Shown piece by piece: positions 24,627-36,266 of a stretch of 40,023 nucleotides of DNA. Where the stretch lies: NCBI GenBank assembly GCA_032718475.1, contig JAUCBJ010000914.1, positions 1 through 40,023 of the forward strand, given 5' to 3'. The notes beneath the pieces were generated by a model. That model made no database searches. It had not been told where the DNA came from and worked only from the letters and a program-made list of their open reading frames with translations. This stretch comes from Nemertoderma westbladi (Eukaryota; Animalia; Xenacoelomorpha). Within the stretch, counting starts at the first letter, position 1; every line of letters starts with the position of its first letter. Made by a program: the position numbers and the translations under genes.

Positions 24627-27500
24627 TGGTCAGGGAAAACATCCCCGTGGGGATATGTGAAATTTAGGCTTAATTTCTCAACCTATCCTAGTCAGGATAG
24701 ATGACATATCCCCACCAGGATAGATGGCACATTTTCCATTTTTCCGGTTTGCGCAAAAATTGGTTGGATGGCTATGTATTTCTTCGGTATTACAATGATC
24801 AATAGGTTACAAAAATTGTAAAATTTCACGCCCTTGTCATTGGTAAGATTTATAAGAAGATTATAGGGGTTTTAAATTCACATTGATTTCTATCCTGCTG
24901 GGGATATTATCGACATATCCCCAGCAGGATATGTTTTATTTATATCCTGGTGGGGATATTTTGGATATATCCACAGTAGGATATGTTTTAGAATAATATG
25001 TGTGTTTCCTATTCAGCATATCCTATTCAGGATATGCTAGGCTGTTGCTGGTGTGGGTGTTTCTACTGTATAGGATTTTGAGGGTGAAGACATTTGATTT
25101 ATCTGTCAGTAATTGTTAGGCAAATTATTACGAAACTGCAGTCTGAATACTGGTAGGGCTACCGGTACTTATTAGACCCTATTACGATAGTTTGTTCTGT
25201 ACCATAATAATTCTGATTATTAATTATTTTGATAATGGCTTCCGGTGCGGTAAATATAAAGAACCACGGAAGGGCCGTGTTGAAACTTGCTTCTGTTCCA
25301 ATTTATCTGATCTATGCTCAACTGAAACTAGTGAAAATTTTTACACGAGGAATAAAATTTTCGAACTTCTTCTTTGGGTCCAAAATCCCAAAAGCTATGT
25401 TGGACCATTACATACCAGGAGTCTATGGTAATGAATTATGTAGATTCGTCCAAGTTTGGTGTCATGGTTAGAGCTGCCACTTCGCCTGCAGCATCTTACC
25501 CCACTCAACAGACAATCATACAGGCATCTTCTGTAGACTTCCCTGAAGTGTCGCCGTCTAAAGATATATGTATTGCGATAGATAACTTTCAATTTGTAGG
25601 CAAAACCTACCGCCTTTTCAATAAGGGTGTACCAATAAGCAAGGTTTGCTCAGTGATCAGCATACCTTAATTGTCAGGATTTATTAATTCAAAGGCACCC
25701 AATTCAGTCTGTCAGTTCATTGACCTAACTGGATTGGATGTAGCCGAGTGAGTGGAGGCCTTTATTGAAATTGAATTGATTGTAACATTGTTTATGTTAC
25801 ATTTAACATAACGTAACTATATTTAAAATATATAATATTAAGTCTGTACTGGTGTCAAAATATATAATGCAACTATCAGACTATCCCCAAAGGCATAATA
25901 ATTAAAGAACCCAAAAATAAAGTAAACTGAAACTAAAGGTGTAGGCCTACTAAGGATTGAACTAAGTTGTCCCTTCTTCTTCCAACGGAAGTTGTGGAGG
26001 GCACTCCCCTTCGCCTTCAGTAATGACTGGGGGTGATAAACCCGTTTCTTTCTAGCGCTAGCAGTGGCTGATGATTCATCTGGCTGTAGTTCGTGTTGTC
26101 CACTTACTCCATCTATCTCTGACATCATCTGTCCATCCACTCCATCTACCCCCAGCACCTCCTGTCCATCCACTCCATCTACCTCCGATATCGCCTCTCC
26201 ACTCACTCCATCTATCTCCGACATCCCCTGTCCACCCACTCCATCTACCTCCAACAGTCCAACACCTCCTGTCCATCCACTCCATCTACCTCCGATATCG
26301 CCTCTCCACTAACTCCATCTATCTCTGACATCCCCTGTCCACCCAATTTCATCTACCTCCAACATAGCCTCTCCATCCACTCCATCTACTTCCGATATCG
26401 CCTCTCCACCCACTCCATCTATCTCCGACATCCCCTCTCCACCCACTCCATCTACTTCCAACACCTCCTGTCCATCCACTCCATCTACCTCCGATATCGC
26501 CACTCCACCCACTCCATCTATCTCCGACATCCCCTGTCCACCCACTCCATCTACCTCCAACACCTCCTGTCTGCCTGTCCACCCACTCCATCTACCTCCG
26601 ATATCGACTCTCCACCAACCAGCCAACTCCATCTCTCTCCGACATCCCCTGTCCACCCACGTCCATCTACCTCCAACACCTCCTGTCCACCCACTCCATC
26701 TACCTCCGATATCGCCTCTCCACCCACTCCAACATCCCCTGTCCATCTATATCCATCTATCCAGTTAAGTTCAATCAGTCAATTTGTCTGAAGTTTAGTA
26801 TGTTTACTGTATATACTGTACAACTCTACTGTAGACAGATATACCGGTATCAGTGTACTGTACAGACTGAGTTGTTGAGGGACTACCAGACTACAGGTCT
26901 ACCCTTCTGTCAGCCAGGTACCGAAGTAGACTACCTATTATACCAGGTTGTTATATTACTTTCGCACAGAAGGCATTACAGCATTAAGGCTACCAACTAA
27001 CATCTACATGTACGGTACGTGTAAGCTTAGAGGCAATCCTTCTGGGGATATGCCACAAAACTTACATAAAACAAGCTACTGGCTGACTGGCAGACTGGTA
27101 CATTATTCTAAAACATAGGCAATCCTAAGACTGAAGATGTCCAAAATATCCCCACCAGGATATAAATAAACATGAATGAACTTTATCGTGAAACATATCC
27201 CGCTGGGGATATGTTGATAATATCCCCAGCAGGATAGAAATCAATGTGAATTTAAAACCCCTATAATCTTCTTATAAATCTTGCCAATGACAAGGGCGTG
27301 AAATTTTACAATTTTTGTAGCCTATTGATCATTGTAATACCGAAGAAATACATAGCCATCCAACCAATTTTTGCGCAAACCGGAAAAATGGAAAATGTGC
27401 CATCTATCCTGGTGGGGATATGTCATCTATCCTCACTAGGATAGGTTGAGAAATTAAGCCTAAATTTGACATATCCCCACGGGGATGTTTTCCCTGACTG
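24627..27500. mobile_element. Non-autonomous or decayed DNA transposon of about 2.9 kb with TIRs of about 340 bp
   Basis: 24629-24965 is a high-identity reverse complement of about 27140-27498. ATGG flanks both ends (24623-24626 and 27501-27504) as a candidate 4-bp TSD. Superfamily not resolved. Confidence 0.88.
26095..26750. repeat. 33-bp minisatellite with a 99-bp superperiod inside the TIR element
   Basis: TCCA(C/T)CCACTCCATCTA(C/T)CTCC.. units; the minus strand reads as 11-aa E(V/I)DGV(D/G)G repeats. Confidence 0.9.
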
Positions 27501-28086
27501 ATGGTGTATGGTGTATGGGTACCGGCAGACCGGTATTTCAGTACTGCAGTATTTAATATCTGAATATAGAAGGTTCAGCAGTTAGCACTGTCAGACTGTA
27601 CCGGTAAATCAGTTGGTCTTGGTATTCAGGTATTGCATAGGCAATAGCCTACTGCATACTGTAATACCGGAATACTGTACAAGACCTGAAGACTGCTGGA
27701 CTACAGTAGGACAATATATTGCATTTGCAGTATTGTCTCATTCTATAGCATATAGGCCTACCGCACGGCCTACCCTTTCGCCTTTCAGCAAATAGGACAC
27801 AGTCAGACAGTGGGCTTATTACCGTATTACGGCCTATTCACCTCATTCACCTCACCCCCTACCAATACTGAAATAATAAATAATAGCAGGAAAAGTATAA
27901 AATATAGGGCATGAAAAGTATATTTCTTACGCTATTAGCACATACCGTATGTAAAGATGTGGTTACGAAAGTCCTTATATAGTAGTACTTTTAAAAAGAA
28001 GTGCATTTAAATAAAATTCATGTTTAAATATACTACTGTATATTAAAAAGAATGATAGATGGTCCCGGTTAAGAGCAATGTAAGAG

Positions 28087-28199
28087 GGGTGCTGGTCACC
28101 TCGCCGCACTGCCACTTCGCCGCAGGTCACCTCGCCGCACATTATCTGCGGCGAGATGACTTGCGGCGAAGTGGCAGTGCTGCGAGGTGACCAGCACCC
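28087..28199. mobile_element. 113-bp palindromic MITE
   Basis: GGGTGCTGGTCACCTCGCCGCA...TGCGAGGTGACCAGCACCC with a short central loop and internal TCGCCGCA sub-repeats; direct repeat GGTTAAGAGCAATGT on both flanks. Confidence 0.85.
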
Positions 28200-28749
28200 G
28201 GTTAAGAGCAATGTTTATTCTTGTTAAAATATTAAAGTATTATGTTTCTTTTTGGAGCACGAGCGTAGGGAATCTTACAGTTGAAGCAGTTTCGGAGGAA
28301 GGTCTGACTAATTTGGTCTGTAGTAGTCGGTCGCCGGGCATAACGTGTGATTTTAAATTGTGCCGATGGTATTTGGAGAGAATGAGTGAGGTCATGCTGG
28401 GGAGTGCGTAATTCTGTAAATGCCATCCCATAAAGTGCTGCACGGCGACTGGCTCCTGTGATTTTTTCCAGAACTCATAAAACGTTTTTGCTATTTTTTT
28501 ATAAATATTATAGAAGATGTGCTAGCTCTCAATTTTGATAAATAATTGTATTCTAGAACACATTTTTTTGGTTCTAGATCACATTTAAAAATTTTTATAC
28601 TAGCTAGTTTTTTATACTTTTTTATATATGTTATAGAACACGTGTAAGCTATCAATCTTGATAATATATTTTTCTTTTAGAACACATTTTTCTGCTGTAG
28701 AATATTTTTAGGAAAAAAATATTAATACAACCCTTATTAAAAAAAATTG

Positions 28750-28940
28750 TTACTCTCGATATTTTTACTCTCGATATTTTTCAACACTCGATATTTTTTC
28801 AACACTTGTTATTTTTACTCTCGATATTTTTCAACACTCGATATTTTTACTCTCGATGTTTTCAACACTCAATATTTTTACTCTCGATATTTGTACTCTC
28901 GATATTTTTACTCTCGATATTTTAACCCCCGATATTTTTC
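28750..28940. repeat. About 15-bp tandem repeat (CTCTCGATATTTTTA)n
   Basis: About 12 imperfect copies. Confidence 0.85.
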
Positions 28941-30019
28941 ACCATTACCGGAAAACCACACCAAAAAAGTTTTAGCTAAGTGGTATGATGTCGCCTTATA
29001 TTTTGACTGACAGATTGTCGGACAGGCAGACAGACTGACTTAAAGACTAGTTTTCTAATTTTATAGTTTACTAATACTGTAGTTTTCAAATTTTATAATC
29101 ATTTTCTATAAAAGTAAAAACTGACATTTGGAATGAAATCAGCGACTAGGAATACACCCATAACAAAACTTTTAGGTAGGATGAATGCTTCTGTTATATT
29201 TTTACAGACAAGCCGTCAGAAACACAATCCCAGACAGGTAGTTTTTACAGACACTTACAGAGAGTAAGGTAACATTACAGTATTACTAATAACCTTTTAA
29301 CTATACATTAGCTATTAACAATCGGTTTGAACACCAGCGGGGGATTGAAAATGAAAAATTGAATTTTTACGGAATTAGTCAAACACCCCCCCCCCCCCCT
29401 CCCCCCCTCCCTTAATTAAAACATACAAAAAATTAACTTTTAAAATAAATTAAAAAAAAATACAAATCCTTCATATATAAAATTACAATAAAAAGTCGAC
29501 CGAAAAGGAAAAACCTATTGTACTGTATGATTATAATTGGCGCGCAAAACACATTACTTTGTGGTTAATTGAGAAGTATGTAGCTACTGACCGGACCCAG
29601 ACCGGACCCTCTTAATACCGTATTGAAGCTTTATATTTGACTAAAATTTTAGGCCCACTTTGTGTATTATTGACCGGACCCTTATTAGCACAACTAAGTA
29701 ACCTGCATACACCATGTCCTGGAATATAGTATCTTTATTCAGGTACATGCCCCCCGCCCTATATTTTTCTACAAATCTTAATGAGATTGCATGAAATTTG
29801 AAACAGAGATACAGTAGTTTCACCTCCCTCCTCCTTCGTGGGTGAGACATAATTTTTATTTTCGCTTTCATTCTTTAGCTACAAGCTTTTGAAAAAAGTG
29901 TTTCCGGCGAAATTTTACCATTCACACCGCAGTTATTCTTCACCATTATAGTGATTTGTTGGTACTATTTAAAAGTACTATTGTGCAAGGATTCCTAATA
30001 TGTAATACAATCTAAATTA

Positions 30020-30354
30020 CGTCGTTAAATAGCATCGTAACTAAAATAAAATAAAATACATCGTAACTCATTAAGCAGTCTTTACCTTCGTATTAATAAA
30101 TCATCTAACTCTTTGATCGGTGCTGTAAGGTTTTGTTGCCGTCCTTCTTCAGCCCTGTTTGAGTCTTTTAATATTTATTGTAAATAACGGCGCCTTGTAT
30201 GTATGTATCTTACTCCATTTATATTATATTTAGTTATCATATTTATTAATGTCTGTACTTACATATTCCTTACGGTTGTGCTCTAGTTTTTACTCTATGG
30301 CTTTATAACTTTGCTGAATTAAATAATTAAAAAAAAAAAAAAAAAAAAAAAAAT
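30020..30354 (+). mobile_element. Poly(A)-tailed retroposed 3' fragment interrupting the left TIR
   Basis: A-run of about 25 nt at 30329-30354; TIR similarity stops before this segment and resumes right after it. Confidence 0.5.
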
Positions 30355-30564
30355 AGCTGAGATATGGGTGTTTAAAACTTGCATGGTTTTGCATATGTGT
30401 GAGGCCATTTTAATCTATTTAATAAATACACCATATTCTAGAACATTTTGTTAATGCATAAGTAGCTACGTAATACAGTAGTATGATTAAAGAGATATTT
30501 CATTGTTGCCAAGCTACGTATGGGATAAACAATATATTCCAGAATATGATGAATTTATTAAATA

Positions 30565-30720
30565 GAATAGATAGATAGATTTATTTATACATTATGTAAA
30601 AACAATAACAAATACACCAAACAATGTACCGGTATAAAGGTATTGTCCAACAAAACATATAGGATTACCCCTAAAGCTTTGCAGCCTATTTCCAAGGGGG
30701 TCCTTTATGTTACTTGGTTA
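30565..30720 (-). mobile_element. 3' end of an L2/CR1-group LINE or LINE-tailed SINE
   Basis: Minus strand stem-loop GGACCCCCTTGGAAATAGG...AGGGGTAATCC, then AATAAA and a (TCTA)n tail. Confidence 0.55.
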
Positions 30721-31134
30721 CAAATACAATATTACACTACGCTAACCTAAAACCAATATAAAACGTAATTACACTATGTACATGTACAACTTTACCGAGA
30801 GCGTGACAATGTCCGACTCAACGATAAAGATGTAATGTATAGAACAATTTAATATATAAATTTATAAGAATAATATAGCCTAGCGCAGGTAGGCGCTATG
30901 CGTGTACAAAATCATGCTACATTTGAACGCTCATATCTCAATTTCCCAACCAAATTCAAATGTTTTTACATATTTGGAATCCTTGCATGGCCTGCTCTCT
31001 AATAGTACCAACAAATCAGTATAAGGGTGAATAATGAATGCGGCGTAACTGGTGCCCTATAGTCGGAGACACTTTTTTTAAACTCTTGTAGCTAAAGATT
31101 GAAAGCGAAAATAATAATTCTGGCTCAACCACTA

Positions 31135-31339
31135 TAGTCTACCTGCCAACTCCCGAAAATTAAGTTTAGATGGCATTTTTTGTTAATGGTTGGCATCCAC
31201 CTGATTTTTGTACTTCAAGACATGGCGAATCCGGCTAGGCCGGATTCGCCATGTCTTGAAGTAGAAAAATCAGGTGGATGCCAACCATTAACAAAAAATG
31301 CCATCTAAACTTAATTTTCGGGAGTTGGCAGGTAGACTA
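31135..31339. mobile_element. 205-bp near-perfect palindromic MITE with TAG termini and 3-bp TSD CTA (Academ-like ends)
   Basis: CTA|TAGTCTACCTGCCAAC...GTTGGCAGGTAGACTA|CTA; arms of about 101 bp with one mismatch seen and a 3-nt loop; inserted in the right TIR of the Tc1/mariner-type element. Confidence 0.9.
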
Positions 31340-31679
31340 CTAAGGATGAGGTAGGTGAAACTATCTCTGTTTCTAACTTCATGCAATATCATTAAGATTT
31401 GTGGAAAAATTGGGGGGGGGGGGGGGGGGGGGCTGGGGGTGGGGGGCATGTACCAGAATAAAGACACTATATTCCAGGACATGGTGTAATATTGTAACAT
31501 GTGTTAACTTTTGTTTATTGTTTTGGTTACCCCAACCCAACATGCCTCTGTAACCTGCTCCTTTAAATGACAATGGGTCCGGCCAACGGGTCCGGTCAAT
31601 TGAGCTATGGGTCCAGTCAGTTATAGCCATTGCCGGTTAATAGCGCTCACAACGCAAAAATGTATTTTATTTTTTGTAA

Positions 31680-32328
31680 ATGTATTTTGTTACATTACTG
31701 TGATGTCAACAGTATTCAGCGTTCTGGTGAATTACTCGTAACGCTGCAAAGTACTACTTTGCAGCGTTGCGATCTCTAGGGCGGAACGCGGCAAAGTAAT
31801 CAATGACATGGAAACAACTTAAATTGCCGTATTCCAGAATGTATTATTTACATTTATATTAATGCACGGCTTCTTTATTCAATAATCAGCCCGTGTTTGC
31901 ATAATGCGTGCGTCCAGTTTGCAGTGACGGGGACTAGCTACTGTATGTACAGTAAATAATTGTTTAACGAGTAAGACTATAGGGGCTTACCGTATTCCAT
32001 ATGTCGAAACGTCCTAAAGAGAAGACATTTTAGAGAAAATGAGCAAAGAAAATATGGCGACAGTTTTCAGTAAAACTGTACCGGTACCTGTTAATAACTT
32101 TCACTTATATTCGAAATAGTACATGATTAAAATAAATAAATACGCTGATAAGTTGACATAATGTAACAAAATTACATACATTATTGCTGGCAAAGGTCAC
32201 TTTTCAGCGTTAATGACCCTTCTTTATTTATGTAGACCTCGCTCGCTGCGCTCGCTCGGTACATAAATAAACTAGGGTCATAACGCTGCAAAGTGCTACT
32301 TTGCACACAATGATGTAAATAGTTATTG
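31680..32328. mobile_element. Non-autonomous element with subterminal hairpins (possibly Crypton-like)
   Basis: Hairpin AACGCTGCAAAGTA-C-TACTTTGCAGCGTT at 31740-31768; long imperfect hairpin at about 32190-32304 with a CTCGCTCGCTGCGCTCGCTCG loop; TAACGCTGCAAAGT shared by both. Confidence 0.45.
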
Positions 32329-33133
32329 TTCACGGCCTTCTAAGAAAGCGTGGTGGTAATGCTCCCTTTTTCCAGTAAAAAATATAAATAGTAATTAATT
32401 TAAATTTGTCATGCTATCGAATCAATAGTACTATATCGTAGTTACTGTAATATCTTTTTATTGCAGTATAAGTTATACCATTTATATAAATTATACCATC
32501 ATACACCATTTACGATACAGTTTAGATAAAAAGGTAACAACAGTGCCATTATGTTTTAAGTGTTTAGGTTGTTTAACAAAAAATTTTAATTCAAAGTTGT
32601 AGTACTGTAATAAACATACAATACAATAACTTCCTTATACTTTAGAAGTAATGAATAATTAAATTAGCCTTCGAATATTTTGATGTCCTACATATTGATC
32701 CATAATCATCATTTCTGTGCATCTCTTGTTGTGAGTAGATGTACAACTACGCCAATAATTATTCAACATGGTTGATTACATTCAACACAGCAGCAATGAA
32801 TCACAACCATATATTGTATTACAAGACATCCAAGATCCCACCACAATTTCCATTATTGGTCGAACCAACCAATATCCTAGCCAGCTGTTAATCTGCTTAG
32901 TTCCCTACCAATAATTCTCCTCCATTCGCTTGTGATATTCTACCCTGGGTTGACTAATAAACCTCGTCTCACAATTAAGGTGATAATTAAAGGTCAAACT
33001 GCTTTAATAATGCTATTAGCAGGGGTATATGGCTCTGTCAGAGTTTCATTATTCAATCAGTTAACTTCCAGTACGTATAGTGTACAGTTTGTTAGTAGGC
33101 TCTAAGTTTATTATATTAAATTAGTATTTAATC

Positions 33134-33313
33134 ATGTTTCATTTACTCAGCCTGTTGTGGCTGGTCCCTGTCGTTGTATCATCTACTAGCGAATTATTAA
33201 CATCACCTAGTGGGAAATTAAAGTACCGGACTGTCGACCGAGAATTTAAACGGGAGTTGGACCACCTTGGTAGAGACTACTTTGTCCCTGAACCAGTTGA
33301 AAAGAGATATTAT
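33134..33313 (+). CDS. Secreted LDLa-repeat / Gly-His-rich / Pro-Gln-rich mosaic protein, exon 1 (signal peptide)
   Basis: MFHLLSLLWLVPVVVSS hydrophobic leader; donor TAT|gtaagt, phase 0, matches exon 2. Confidence 0.8.
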
Positions 33314-33899
33314 GTAAGTAAAGTTATATTGTTTCTTCTTCTGTCTACAGTAATTTGTTATGTTGTAGGCCTACTGTACAAATTATTTTAATGTAGGCCT
33401 ATTATTTCTGTAATTTTAGAGTTGCAGGCTTAATTTCATTTGTTTTAATAGACAATAATTAATTAGGCATATTGACACTGAGTGATAATTTAACAATAGG
33501 CCTATTTATTTGATATTGGCATGAATAAATATTTATTTTGTAAAAGATTGGCCTAGTCTACATTAATTATCACGGAACAATACTGCACGTTGAAAATTTT
33601 ACATGAATTTTACATAGAGATGCTGCGCTCAGCGGGGATTTTTGAAATGCTGGTGAAGCTTTGGAAATTAATGGTGTAGCTTTGGACCAAGGCTGCAAGG
33701 CGGTTTACATAGGCTTTTTTCACATGGCGCGTCGTTCGGCGCTTTATTCTAACCAAAACAGTAAACGAAATCGTGTAACAATATTATTTTTGCGTTATTA
33801 GACACAATTTACTGAAGTATAATGTTATTTATCTTGTAAGTGAAAGTTTTTAAGTACGGTATTCTTCCGGACAAGAAAATAATTTATTTAACTTTACAG

Positions 33900-34060
33900 G
33901 ATAACTTCGGACACGGTGGTCACTATGACGACCACCACCACGACATGGAATGCCCGACAAAGACATTGCTGTGCGACTCGGGCGAGCAGTGCATAGTCTC
34001 GTCTCGGAGATGCGACTCACAGAGAACCCTAGACTGCGCGGACGGATCGGACGAATTATC
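33900..34060 (+). CDS. LDLa mosaic protein exon 2 (His-rich linker, LDLa 1)
   Basis: tttacag|GAT...TC|gtgagt; CPTKTLLCDSGEQCIVSSRRCD...DCADGSDE. Confidence 0.92.
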
Positions 34061-34168
34061 GTGAGTTTCGGTTACTTTTTATTGCAAATCAAAGTTCTTT
34101 ATATCAAAATAGTAAAAGATTTTAATGTAAAAACAATAAATTAAATAACGAGTTTTACTTTACTTTAG

Positions 34169-34305
34169 GTGCCCCGGAAGGGGTGGGTGTTCAGACAGAG
34201 ACGAGTTCAGTTGCGGTGACCCCAACGATTGCGTTAAAGACTATCAACTCTGTAACCAGTTTATTGACTGTATCGACTCCTCTGATGAACTCAACTGCAG
34301 ACCAG
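34169..34305 (+). CDS. LDLa mosaic protein exon 3 (LDLa 2)
   Basis: actttag|G...CCAG|gtaact; CSDRDEFSCGDPNDCVKDYQLCNQFIDCIDSSDELNC. Confidence 0.92.
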
Positions 34306-34401
34306 GTAACTAACCAAAACAATAAACTTATTTCCCTCTTTAATTTAGCCTTTTTTTCTCTTCGATTAAAGGTAACTGCTAATAATTTGTTTGTTTCTCA
34401 G

Positions 34402-34937
34402 GTCCCAATCCTAACGACCCCCACCACCCCAGTAACATGGTCGGCCATGGCCACGGGTTACACGGTGGCGTCGGGAACTTGTACGGCGGCGTTGGTGGCG
34501 TGTATGGCGGCGTTGGTGGCGTGTATGGCGGCGTTGGTGGAATAGGAGGTGTTGGTGTTGGCGGCATTCATGGTGGTATCGGTGGAATCGGTGTTGGTGG
34601 AATTGGAGGTGTTGGTGGAATCGGTGTTGGCGGCATTCATGGCGGCGTTGGTGGAATCGGTGTTGGTGGAATTGGAGGTGTTGGTGGAATCGGTGTTGGC
34701 GGCATTCATGGTGGTGTTGGTGGAATCGGTGTTGGTGGAATCGGTGTTGGCGGCATTCATGGTGGTGCCGTTCATGGTGTTGGTGGAGCGGCTATCGTTG
34801 GCGGTGCTGGTGGAGCGGTGTACGGTGGAGCTGGTGGAGCCGTGTACGGTGGAGCTGGTGCCGCTGATATTTACGGTGGATCACCGATCGGCGATGTCTA
34901 CGGTGCGGCCCCGGTAGCGGAGACAGTGAATGTCCCG
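34402..34937 (+). CDS. LDLa mosaic protein exon 4 (Gly-rich block: GGVYGG, GGIGVGGIHGG, GGAVYGGA)
   Basis: tttctcag|GT...CCG|gtgagt; phase 1/0 consistent with neighbouring exons. Confidence 0.9.
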
Positions 34938-35031
34938 GTGAGTGTTCCGATCTGTTTAAAGTTACTAAATACATTCCCCAATAATATTGCGCGGCCTTTT
35001 GGACTTTAACATTTCTCATTATTTTCCGCAG

Positions 35032-35184
35032 AACTTTGTAGCTCAACCGACACCAAACTTCGCGCCGCAACCGCAGTTTGTTCCCCAGCAACCGATCGTA
35101 CAACCCGCTCAACCGATCGTGCACCAGGCGCCCATCCAACAGGTCGCGTACCAACAGGTCCCTAACCTTAGTCCCCCGTCCCAC
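35032..35184 (+). CDS. LDLa mosaic protein exon 5 (Pro/Gln-rich)
   Basis: ttccgcag|AAC...CAC|gttagt; NFVAQPTPNFAPQPQFVPQQPIVQP. Confidence 0.85.
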
Positions 35185-35282
35185 GTTAGTGAACCAGAAT
35201 AAATTTAAATTTAAGTTCTCAAGTAATTAAAGTAAATTAAACAAGAGTGTTTAATTAATTAATTAATTTCTTTATTTTTCAG

Positions 35283-35579
35283 TCTCAACTCCCCCCCGCC
35301 CCCCTTCAATCCGGACCGCAATCCGGACCCGGACGCAACGCGGTCAACCCGGACTGTCGGTCGGACCAGTTCGCCTGCGCGTCGCTCACGCAGTGCCTCC
35401 CGCTGTCGCAGCGCTGCGACTCGGACGTCCAGTGCCACGACTCGAGCGACGAGATTGGCTGTCCTCACGCGCGCTGCGACCAGGGCGAGTTCATGTGTCA
35501 CGTGTCTCTCGAGTGCGTGTCGCGTCGGTTCGTATGCGACGGTATCGCAGATTGTAGTGACAACACAGACGAGGACGAT
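35283..35579 (+). CDS. LDLa mosaic protein exon 6 (LDLa 3 and 4)
   Basis: tttttcag|TCT...GAT|gtgagt; CRSDQFAC...CHDSSDEIGC and CDQGEFMC...DCSDNTDE. Confidence 0.93.
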
Positions 35580-35675
35580 GTGAGTAATTGAAAAAATATC
35601 ATCGATCCATCAAATTTGAGTGAATAATCTTATTGAAACATCAAATAAACACCAAATAACATATTCTCGTTGCAG

Positions 35676-35846
35676 TGCGCGAGCAGTAAACTATGCCAAG
35701 CAGGACTGGAGTTCGCTTGCCACCACTCCGGGGAATGTATTCGTTACGACTACCACTGCGACGGCAACATGGACTGCGTGGACAACAGCGACGAGGTCGA
35801 TTGTCCAGAAAAGATGATCACATGTAACGCGGGTTATCAATTCCAG
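35676..35846 (+). CDS. LDLa mosaic protein exon 7 (LDLa 5, start of 6)
   Basis: ttgcag|TGC...CAG|gttagt; CDGNMDCVDNSDEVDC. Confidence 0.93.
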
Positions 35847-35944
35847 GTTAGTGAAAACTTATTAATAGTTAATTATAATCATTAAATATTACTAATAGTT
35901 TAATGTTATAAATTAATCCATATTCTCAACTCATTTTATTACAG

Positions 35945-36161
35945 TGCGGAGACGGAACATGCATCTCCAAGAATTACCGATGCGACGGCGAGATGGACTG
36001 CGTGGACGACTCGGACGAGATCAATTGCGTGGAGAGACTCGGATGCGTCGAGGGCCAGTTCATGTGCACGAACTCCCACGAATGTATCAGCAACAACCTC
36101 ATCTGTGACGGGAGCCAAGATTGTTCGGATAACTCCGATGAAATGCAGAACTGCGCAGTTG
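35945..36161 (+). CDS. LDLa mosaic protein exon 8 (LDLa 6 and 7)
   Basis: attacag|TGC...GTTG|gtatgt; CDGEMDCVDDSDEINC and CDGSQDCSDNSDE. Confidence 0.93.
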
Positions 36162-36266
36162 GTATGTGAGATATGTGAGGTATCTTGAGCTGAAGGAGTT
36201 ACATAATTAATTGTAGTTGTAGAACCTTGAAGTTCATGAGATTAATTATCCTTTGATTTGTTGCAG

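Larger units (their letters stand above)
29710..31486. mobile_element. Tc1/mariner-type non-autonomous element with long diverged TIRs, TA TSD and nested insertions
   Basis: TA|CACCATGTCCTGGAATATAGT...ACTATATTCCAGGACATGGTG|TA. Inverted similarity continues for more than 300 bp (29710-30010 versus 30960-31486, and 30355-30400 versus 30900-30945). Confidence 0.82.

Noticed and set aside
28232-28480. Short minus-strand open frames in a GC-richer patch
   Set aside because: No recognisable motif and no convincing splice-site pair.
31412-31447. Poly-G / poly-C tracts (also 21503-21527, 29385-29410) as regulatory G-quadruplexes
   Set aside because: Homopolymer expansions within or next to decayed elements; lengths are unreliable and no functional context is visible.
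34379-34917. Alternative-frame and antisense ORFs over the Gly-rich exon (also 38374-38718)
   Set aside because: Shadows of repetitive coding sequence; splice phases support only the Gly-rich and Gln/Pro frames.
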